In this document: positions 54,586 through 64,000 of the stretch, in pieces
How the letters are laid out: the number at the start of each line of letters is the position of its first letter
Position numbering within the stretch: the first letter of the stretch is position 1
Source of the DNA: Octopus vulgaris
Taxonomy: Eukaryota
Assembly (NCBI GenBank): GCA_951406725.2
Contig: OX597818.1
Location: 95,232,001 to 95,296,000, forward strand
Reading direction: 5' to 3'
Length of the DNA: 64,000 bases
Notes under the pieces: generated by a model
Database searches by the model: none
Told to the model about the DNA's origin: nothing
The model's input: the letters and a program-made list of their open reading frames with translations, nothing else
Program-made: the position numbers and the translations under genes

Positions 54586-57500
54586 CATTATTCCAAACTC
54601 TCACTCCCCAATCCTGTCCTCACAGCCCTGTTCCTCTGTATTTTTGTTATCAGGTAGCCCTCCTGGTTCTATATATACCCAGGTTTTTGCCACTCACCCC
54701 CACCCCCGCTCTCTTTAATCACTCTTCGTTCACAATATCCTGCCACTTATATTATGGTGTTTGAACCTCAAGGGTATGCCCTGGCACTTACCACAATCTA
54801 TATCTCTCTTTCTTTACTCAACCATCCCATTTATATTCTGATCCTCGTCCCTTGTGAGTATACCCATCACTTTGCCACCATCTTCTATCCTGCTGTCTCC
54901 CACTCTCTCCTTCTCCTACACTTCCTTCAGGCTGGGTAACTATGTATTTCCTTTGCAGCAGTGCACCTATTTCTGTCTTCATTCCTGATCTCTCTCTCTC
55001 CCCAGCCGGGTAACCTTGTACCTTCTCTACAGCAAGACACCTGCTTCTGTCTCACTATAACCTTTCATCATCTGACACAAGATCACCTCCTCCAATGCCC
55101 CCTCTCCTCTGAAAAGAGGTTTTGTTTTTGTCTTGCAAGTACTTAGTGACCCTGTCAGTGCAGATGTCACTTAAAAGCATCCAGTTCACACTGGTTGGCA
55201 TTTGGAAGGGCATCCAGCTGTAAAAACCTTGCCAAAATTGGCCTTGCCTGTGCTCGTGCAACATAAAGAGCACTAAGTCCACTCGGTCGAGTGGTTGATG
55301 TTTGGAAGGGCATCTAGCTATAAAAATCCTGCCGAAACAGATACAGAAATCTAGTGCAGGCTTCTGCCTGGCCAGCTCCTGTCAAACCATCCCACCCTTG
55401 CCAGCATGGAAGGCAGACATTAAACGATGATGATGATGACGATGATCTCTCTTTATTTATTATTATTATTAAGAAGTTGGTGAGTGGCAGAATTGTTATC
55501 ACATCAGACAAAATGTCTAGTGGCATTTCTTCTGATAAATTCCATTCTGAGTTCAAATTCTGCCAAAGTTAATTTTGCCTTTCATCCTTTCAGAGTAGAT
55601 AAAATAAGTACCAGTTGAGCATAGGGACTGACATAATTGACTATCCCACTCCTCCAAAATTTCAGGTCTTGTGCCTACAGTAGAAAGACTTATTATTACA
55701 AAGGCAGCAAGCTAGCAGAATTGTAATCACATCAGATAAATTGCCTAGTGGTATGTCTTCTGGTTCTTTACATTTTGACTTCAAATTCTGCTGAGATCTA
55801 CTTTGTCTTTCATTCTTTTGGGGTTAATAAAATAAGGACCAGTTGTGCACTGGGGTCAATGTAATCAACTAGCCCCCTCCCACAAGTTTTCTAGCCATGT
55901 GCCTATAATAGAAAGAAATATTATCATTATCAATTAAATAATTTTTTAAAATGTGCTAAGAGAAATACCTCAATCAGACAAGTTATGAATTAACTGAAAT
56001 TTTCACCACTGTTGAAAAACAAAAAATTATTTTTAATAAATGCAAAATTGTTTGTAATCCTTTATATCATCATCATTTAACATCTGCTTTCCATGCTGGC
56101 ATGGGTTGGACAGTCTGACTGGAACTGCTAAACCAGAGGGCTGTACCAGGTTCTAGTCTGATTTGTCATAGTTTCTGGATTTCCTTCCTAATGCCAGCCA
56201 CTCTGAGAGTGTAACAGATGCTTCTTATGTGCCACTAACACAGATATCATTTACATGACACTGGCAAAGGCCACAACAACACACACACACACACACGGCT
56301 GTGTGGTTAAGAAGTCCACTTTGCAGCCATGTAGTTTTGGGTTCAATCCTAATGTGCAGCACCTAAGATAAATGTCTTCTAATATAGTGCTGGGTGAACC
56401 AATGCCTTGTGAACATATTTGGTAGATGGATGTCTGTTTTATATATATATATATATATTTGTATGTGTACCTCTGTGTACACATATTTAAATTTATTTTG
56501 AGATTAGTTCTCACTTTCTTGAAATTAATTTTTCTTTTATTGGAAACCATTTACAGTTATCATTAGTTTTTTGCTTACTTTCTCTGGAGAAGAGAAAAGG
56601 CTAGAATAGGGTGGAAGTAAGGACAAAACATTTTTTTTAAAAACTGAAATTTTAGGAAAAAATCATTTTAGAATCATGTTCCCATTATATGAAACACAGA
56701 AAGAGTAAAACAAAGGGGGTGGGGAACACCCAATTCCTTGCCCTTTTTTACCCCATAAGGTAGCAATTTCAAATTTCCACTGAAATTTGATTGAGGGTGC
56801 AGGTGTGGCTGTATGGTAAGAAGTTTGCTTCCCAACCACATGGTTCCAGGTTCAGTCCCACTGTGTGACATTTTGGGCAAGTGTTTTCTACTTTAGCTAT
56901 GGGCTAATTCAAAGCCTTGTGAGTACATTTGGTAATGGAAACTGAAAGCCTATTTGTATGTATGTGTGTTTACATCCCTGTAACTTAGCAGTTCGGCAAA
57001 AGAGAAATAAGCCCTGGGATTAATTCGTTCGCCTAAAATTCCTCAAGTCAGTGCCCCAGCGTGTCCACATTGTAATGACTGAAAGAAGTCAAAAAGAAAA
57101 GAGATAATTGCACTTCGGATGGTGTAGATTCTAATTATATCGTAAAATTCACGTGAGGCGCTTTGTTTTATCAAAACTTTCAGAAAAATGAATATTTTTT
57201 AATGAAATTTTCAACAAATACCTTTCAGTGTGTATAGATTACAATTATATTGGAGTTTAATTCTGATGTTATCGTAATTTACACCATCTGAAAGGTATTA
57301 GTAGAAAATTCTACCAAAAGATAACCATTTCTCCGAAAGTTATGAGGAAACAAAACCGACCCGTGTGAATTTACTGAAACTCCTCTCCCCACCGCCGAAA
57401 AAATTTTCACCATAAATTCCTATACAATCGGAGTCTACACCATCTGAAGTCTATTTGTAAAAAAAAAAAATTCGTTAAAAAAATCTCAATTTTTCTGAAA

Positions 57501-57689
57501 GCTATGAGGAAACAAAATCAGATGGGGTTACAGTTGTGTAGGTTGCCAATTATTTGAGAACACCTCCTAACTTCTTTTTTTTTTTTTTTTTATCTCGAAT
57601 GCCTAAGCAAAAGTTTGGGAAAATGAAAAATGAATCTCTTTAAATGACGTTGGAAAAGTAATGAAACTGTTATGGGAGGACGGAAGTTA

Positions 57690-57880
57690 AGAATCCAGGT
57701 AATAAAAATGTCGCAAGTAAAAAAGTCAAGGTAATCAAGTCACAAGGGTTTTGTCAGGATCCTATAAATTGTGACTTTTTTTCCCTCGTGACTTCATTAC
57801 CGGCCACTATAAATTAATTGTGACTTTTTACCTAACCAAAATTGTGACTTTATAACTGTGACTTTTTTACGGGTCACCGG
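57690..57880. mobile_element. MITE-like element with arrays of AAGTCAC / GTGACTT inverted subrepeats
   Basis: Left half has AAGTCA(C) units and right half has TGTGACTT units. Confidence 0.5.
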
Positions 57881-60024
57881 AAATTAACGCACCAATGTTG
57901 CCACAGAAAGTTACAGTAGCCTTCCAATAGTTTATCTCTTGATACCAACCTAATTGTGACTGTTCTTGATACTTTAATACAAACTTGTTGAAGATAGATC
58001 GAAAATAAAACCAATCAAAACTTCATGCTAATTTATGTTCCAAACACTAGCTTAATAATGACAAAGATTTTTCCTAAATTTTTCATGGAAGAAAATAATT
58101 GAAGGCGGGGTGTTTTAACAAAAATATGGTTAGAGAAATCCAAAAAAGGAAAAGGGGTTAAAACATAGGAGCAGTAAAAGGGAACCGCGGCTTGTGATAA
58201 AACAAGAAAGACAATGCAGTTTTAGATCTACTGGAAATAGCAGTCAAATTGCCGTAAGTTTACGTTTTGAAAAACGGGAAGGATATACATACGATAACAT
58301 GGGCCCAAGATTATATATCCCTGTCGAGAAAAGACAACATGATTACGGTCGGCACACTGAGGTCTTGCTCGACCAATATTAACCTAAGGCTAAAGGTGAA
58401 AAAATATATTGATAAAAGTTTAAACTTTATTCAATTCCTGCTAATAACACAATATTATTTTAATATAAGAATACTACAAATATGTAAGAGTGTGTGTATA
58501 GTAAAGTAAAAGTAATTAAGTATATCAATTATATATATTTTATACAGTGCAAAACTTATCGGGTATAAAACTCAATACATTGGGTAGAGAGGATAGAGAT
58601 ATTAGCATTTCCTACATATTAAGCCAGTGTTTGGAACATAAATTAGCGCGAAGTTTTGATACAACTGAATGCAAATAAAGATCCAGTTTTAATATAAATT
58701 TTTCATATTTATGAAACAGCTGGAATGAGGTACATCAAAAATAAGGCTTTCATTTCTAAAATATCAAGTTCTGGCTTACGCGAGGGGTTCTCGTCTCCCA
58801 GTTATGCATATAATTAGTTGGGAGGGAATTCGAAGCTGGCATACCTACACAAGTGGTTTCCACATATCTTCCAAAAACATGAATTTTTTAAAATGAAATT
58901 TTCAACGAATACGCTTCAGACGGTGTACATTCAGATCATATCGGAATTTGTTGTGAAAAGGGATCTGGTGCTTTTCAATTTTCCGTGAATTGGAAGAGGG
59001 TTTTCGGAAAATTCACGTCAGCTTTGTTTCCTCATAACTTGCAGAAAAATGATAAATTTTTTAATTAAATTTTCAAAACATGCCTTTTAGAGTGAGTAGA
59101 TTACTATCATATTGTAATTCAATATGAAAAATTAAAAAAATTAGTGGACTGACACACTTGCTGATACGCATCACATATATCTACAAAACGAAACTTGAAA
59201 TGTGAACAAAAAATGTATGTCATAATGTGTGTGCGCGTGTTTTTTTGAGGGGGTGGGGTTTCAATTAAAAACACCTGCTGCCCTATGGTGGTGGAAGCAC
59301 AAGAAGAATTTCATAAGGGAGTACAAAATTGCTTCCCAGTCTCCGAGATCCCAAGAAATACCTGAGAACAAGTGCGATGAACCCCTCACTCCTTTCATAG
59401 GGCTTGGAACACCCACACTCACACATAAAAGTACACGTAAAAGTTTGTGTGCAAAGAAGAGGGTACCACTTTATATGTTGATCAAGTTTTTTCCTTTTTT
59501 TTTTTCAGCATTGTTGCATATGACTAGCTCTAGTAATAATAGTTGTTTGGTGAATTTTGGTAATGCGAATTAGTGATTGTTTCGTGACATCTACGTAGCT
59601 GTAAGTGATTATGAGAGTAAAACTATAATGTAGACGAAATACTTGGCTGTATTAACTATTATAATCAAAACAACCGGATGGACTGAAAAGTGTCGTAACA
59701 ATCGATAACAATATTTAGCACAAGGAGACTACGAAAAACGGCTTTTTTAAAATACTTAACGAGAACAAATGCATGTTGTTTTCCTTAATGATTATGATGA
59801 TTTCTAATGTAATCACTCCTCAGGTGGTTGTTTAATTTTTTAGTGGCGGAGGTGGAAAGAAACGAAGATGTGGGAGTATATAGAAAATTAAGGACGCTGT
59901 TGTAGGTTTACAGATGAGACACTATTAAATTCAATTGGAGGGGGCACAAAGTCCTTATTTGCCACAAGGGCATATAGAGAGAACATTGCGATGCACCACA
60001 ATACTTTACCTTAAAATAATAGGA

Positions 60025-60098
<74 letters not shown>

Positions 60099-60565
60099 GG
60101 CGTGGCAGTATGGTTAGAAGCTTGCTTCCGACCTGCATGGTTACCTTAGGCAAGTGTCTTGTGAGTGGATTTGGTAGACGGAAACTGAAAGAAGCCAATC
60201 GTGTGTGTATGTATATATATGTGTCTGTTTGTCCCCCGATGTTAGCAAAAGCGACAGATAGAATAAGTACTAGGCTTACAAAGAATAAGTCCTAGGATCG
60301 ATTTATTCCACTAAAACTCTTCGAGGCGGTGCTCCAGCATGGCCGCAGTCAAATGACTGAAACAAATATGAGGTGGGGGTGTACATATGATTTTATTTAG
60401 TGTTATATACAAAACTTTCAGCCTTTCGTAACTTCAGCCAATTAGAAATAATAAAACGTGTATTCTCCCTAAACGTGAGCAAGTTGGCTGGTATGAAAAA
60501 TATTTAAAAAGGGTGCCACCCTTATATGTATACGTATGTATATGAGTGAGTGTGTTGAAACTTAC

Positions 60566-60700
60566 CTCGGCCTTATAGAGAAATGGGGTTTTGCTCAGCA
60601 TTCCAACAGGTACAAGACGGAAAGAAGATATAGTGGCGATGCATCAAACTTATAAAATTAAACTGCATTTCAGTTTATAGGTGTTGTTTGATTTTGTGGT
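60566..60700 (-). other. Candidate upstream 5' exon of the LRR-TM gene
   Basis: Strong donor GAG|GTAAGT at 60566/60565 in non-repetitive, CpG-retaining sequence. The LRR exon starts at a splice acceptor, so an upstream exon should exist. The pairing and the 5' boundary are inference. Confidence 0.4.
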
Positions 60701-61624
60701 CCTGAAGTCTGGGTAGCATCCATCTGAGACGATGTGCGACAACATACTACACCAGTGAGAGGTGTCAGGTGGTTGCGGTTTTACTGGTCGAGACAGAATC
60801 AAGCAGCTATAAGGTGTGGTGGAAGTAAATAGAAAATTAAGGACACGGTTGCTGTGTTTACAACAAGAGGTGAAATACGATTAAATTCATTCATAGGAAG
60901 CACATGTAGTCTTAATAAGCCGGGGGTATGAAAGGGGTCGACTGGTAACTACTTAAAATTGTCTTCTTACTTCTTTATATGACAGGGTGACTCACACTGA
61001 ACTCGCAGATTCAGGAAAGCACTTTAGCAGTATACGAGTCGACTGACAACTATTTACATATATCAGGTCTATTATATTACATATACGTACTTACGTATGT
61101 ATACATACATACGTAAGCACACACACACATAATATATAAATGTATCTATGTATTTTTCTCACACCTGAAATATTAACACATTTTTTGTCACACCTCCGCA
61201 CAGATTTTGCGCATCGACAAGCTTTAATAGAGCTAATCAAAGGAAATGGAGAGCGGGGACACGACATACAAGCTGCCAACCCTAGTTCAGTCCTTATTCT
61301 CTCTCTTTCCTTCTCTCTCTCTCTCTCTTATATAGATATACAGATATCTATCTATATATATGTGTGTGCGTATACGTATCTATATACAATGTGTGTGTGA
61401 GTAAATCTGATATAATCTATAGATTCCGGCTGGAGGCACTTAATAGCAACAAACTAGTTAGTTTATCTTAGCTGAAAAATATCAGCAGCAGCAACAGCAA
61501 ACTTGATCGCGCCTCTTCAGACAGTCTACTTCTACTGTATCAACAGATGTGTCAGGTCAGTTAAGTGGGATGTCGTACCTTACCCTCTGGTCAAAAGCTT
61601 TGGCGTGCTCTCTGTCTCTCTCTC

Positions 61625-61691
<67 letters not shown>

Positions 61692-62049
61692 ATATCTATC
61701 TATATATTTGTCTGTCTATCTCTCTACCTACCTGTCTATGCATCTTCCAGTTTATGTCTGCCTGTCTGTATGCTCAAGCACGTGTGTTAGCATGTATATT
61801 GTTTTGATGGACGTGTATGTATGGATACATCATTGCTGGCTGGTTAAGAAATTCACAATCAAGAGTTTACGGGGTTCAATCCAAAGGCATATCTTGTGCA
61901 ATATATATATATAATGTATACGCGCGCACACACACACATAAGCATACCTACATATGTATGGCCCCAATTTTGTTTCCGTCTTTTTGTTCATTTTTATTTT
62001 CCTTTAAATCATCTCTGCTGTTAGAGAATGTATCATAATTACCAAATAG

Positions 62050-62470
62050 CAATTAAGACCATCTCTAGCTGAGAAGGGGAGATGATTATTAACCATTGTG
62101 CCAACAACCACCTTGAGCACCTTTTTGAGCTCCATGTGTCTAACACGCGTGGACTTACCTACAAAGTCAGAAAACAGCACAGCTCCCATGACTCTCAGAA
62201 ACATTTTTCACACTTGGAGTTGCTGAAGTATGGAACAAACTACCTGCATCAGTTGTTAGTTGCCTAGACATTGCATCCTTTAAAACCTCTATGCTTCTTG
62301 AAATTCGCCAACACTTCACCTGATATTCCCTGCTCCATTACCATTCACATATGTATATTATGACTCATACACTGTTCACTTTCCTGACTTTTGTACATAA
62401 TTCTATGTACTGTACATGCACCTTTGATGAGTTGTAGTGCACCTGAGCACTATACAATAATTTCATTAGT
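62050..62470 (+). mobile_element. CR1/L2 family 3' end
   Basis: IINHCANNHLEHLFELHVSNTRG matches the 4932 ORF. Confidence 0.85.
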
Positions 62471-62670
62471 ATTTTATTACCTACTGAAGAGTAGGTATGA
62501 TGTTCTATATATGAGAATCTGGGTCCATTTTTTACAGAAGCAATTGTATAGGAATATGAAAATAAAAACTAAAATCCATTTTAACATCCTATGTTCATTT
62601 CATTAATATGAATGAATTTGTTGAACTTTGTTTAATAAGTTGAGTTGTACACCAATAATATATATATATA

Positions 62671-62880
62671 CAAGGGACTTCAAAACAAACTCCTGACTTT
62701 GGGTAAAAGAAAATACAGGAGGATCAGTTTATTATGGTTTTATTCAACATATTCCCCTCAGATTCACACACTTATTGCAGTGTCCTTCAGTTTTTCTAAG
62801 CTCTGTAAAAGGAACTCAGAAGGTTTGGCCTTCAACCAGGCCTTTCACAATACCCTTGAAGCCAGGAACTTTTCAGCACC

Positions 62881-62885
<5 letters not shown>
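62671..62885. mobile_element. Tc1/mariner-type MITE in a TA tract
   Basis: TA|CAAGGG...TCCTGACTT at left versus AAGCCAGGAACTTTTCAGCACCCCTT at right. Confidence 0.55.
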
Positions 62886-62942
<57 letters not shown>

Positions 62943-63017
62943 AAATATTAGGGAATAAATCCAAACTTACAGGGAAAAATCAGATTTAGGATTGAATCCA
63001 ATTTTATAGTAAAATAT

Positions 63018-63431
63018 TATATTATATTAAATTAGAGATAAAACCACTATTAGGCAAATCAAACAATGAAAAACTTAAGCCAATACATAAAATTAATTAA
63101 TTTATATTATTTTAAATATATATCAAAAGTATTAAAAATTTAATAAAAGATAATGAGTAAAACACTACGATCGTTTCATGGCTATCCAATTCGTAATAAT
63201 TCGAGTTATGGTTACAAATATTTCAATTACCTGAAGATTGACTGTAACCATAACTCGAATTATTACGAATTGGACAGCCATGAAACGATCGTAGTGTTTT
63301 ACTCATTATCTTTTATTAAATTTTTAATACTTTTGATATATATTTAAAATAATATAAATTAATTAATTTTATGTATTGGCTTAAGTTTTTCATTGTTTGA
63401 TTTGCCTAATAGTGGTTTTATCTCTAATTTA

Positions 63432-63441
<10 letters not shown>
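63018..63441. repeat. Near-perfect inverted repeat, ~199-bp arms, 26-nt spacer
   Basis: 63018-63216 versus 63243-63441, one mismatch seen (ggctAtcc / ggaCagcc); between (TA)n tracts. Confidence 0.95.
63227..63297 (+). ncRNA. Minimal hammerhead ribozyme motif with extended stem II
   Basis: tac-CTGAAGA-tTGaCTGT...ACAGcCAt-GAAAC-GATC-GTA-gtg; palindromic GATC loop III; predicted cleavage after 63293. Confidence 0.7.
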
Positions 63442-63489
<48 letters not shown>

Positions 63490-63566
63490 TAGTTATATAT
63501 AAAAGAAGAAAAGAAAATGGAGATTGGGAAGTTAATTGTTTATTATTAACAGCAAATTAATCATCA

Positions 63567-63630
63567 TCCCTTACAACTGTTTCAATTAATACTCAGTAAA
63601 TATGACCTGCACATAATATCTTCAGGGGGA
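63567..63630 (-). ncRNA. Hammerhead motif, opposite-strand copy
   Basis: Minus strand reads tcccc-CTGAAGA-tattatgtgcag..ctgagtattaatt-GAAAC-agtt-GTA-aggga. Confidence 0.65.
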
Positions 63631-63736
63631 AAAAATATACCCTTGGATGGTTTATGGATTTATTATAAACTGTATCATTCAGTCTGCTATAGTGAATTCA
63701 TAAATACATTTAAGATATCCAGGGATATATTTTTCC

Positions 63737-63820
63737 CCCTCTGAAGACATTATGCTCAGGCCATATAAATTTAATATTTGCTTAATATTTACTGAGTACT
63801 AATTGAAACAGCTGTAAGGG
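63737..63820 (+). ncRNA. Minimal hammerhead ribozyme motif with long stem II
   Basis: CCCT-CTGAAGA-cATTATGCTCAG...CTGAGTAcTAATt-GAAAC-AGCT-GTA-AGGG: intact core, perfect stem I, predicted cleavage after 63816. Confidence 0.8.
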
Positions 63821-64000
63821 ATGATTAATTTGCTGTTAATAACAAACAATTATTAATTTACCAATCTCCATTTTCTTTTCTTTTATTTGAATATAAACTA
63901 CATATTTTTATATATATACCTATTATTTCAAGGAAATTAATTCCCCAAAAATACTAGGTATTGAACCAGTATTTCCTTGGATGAAACTATCCCTTCATGA

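Larger units (their letters stand above)
63490..63900. repeat. Diverged fold-back inverted repeat (arms about 63490-63645 and 63718-63900)
   Basis: Arms are reverse complements with indels; follows (TA)n(GA)n. Confidence 0.88.

Overview
AT-rich, microsatellite- and SINE-dense eukaryotic DNA. The repeat families look like an Octopus (cephalopod) genome; this is inference from recognisable SINE consensus sequences. There is one clear protein-coding gene: a minus-strand LRR single-pass membrane protein whose whole CDS sits in one exon (27182-28954), with a probable 5' exon about 31.6 kb upstream near 60566-60700. The rest is layered mobile DNA: tRNA-derived SINEs, CR1/L2, RTE and R4/Dong LINE fragments, a Penelope GIY-YIG fragment, a deleted mariner, Helitron/Helentron elements and TTAA-MITEs. 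Two things stand out. (1) Several mutually unrelated elements embedded in (TA)n tracts carry hammerhead-ribozyme cores (CUGANGA...GAAAC-palindrome-GUH), mostly as long fold-back inverted repeats and in three cases with a ribozyme copy on each strand. (2) An intronless KLHDC10-like kelch gene fragment is wrapped in direct and inverted copies of an LTR-like repeat, and the whole unit splits a SINE. All pairings and alignments were read by eye; boundaries of old repeats are approximate.
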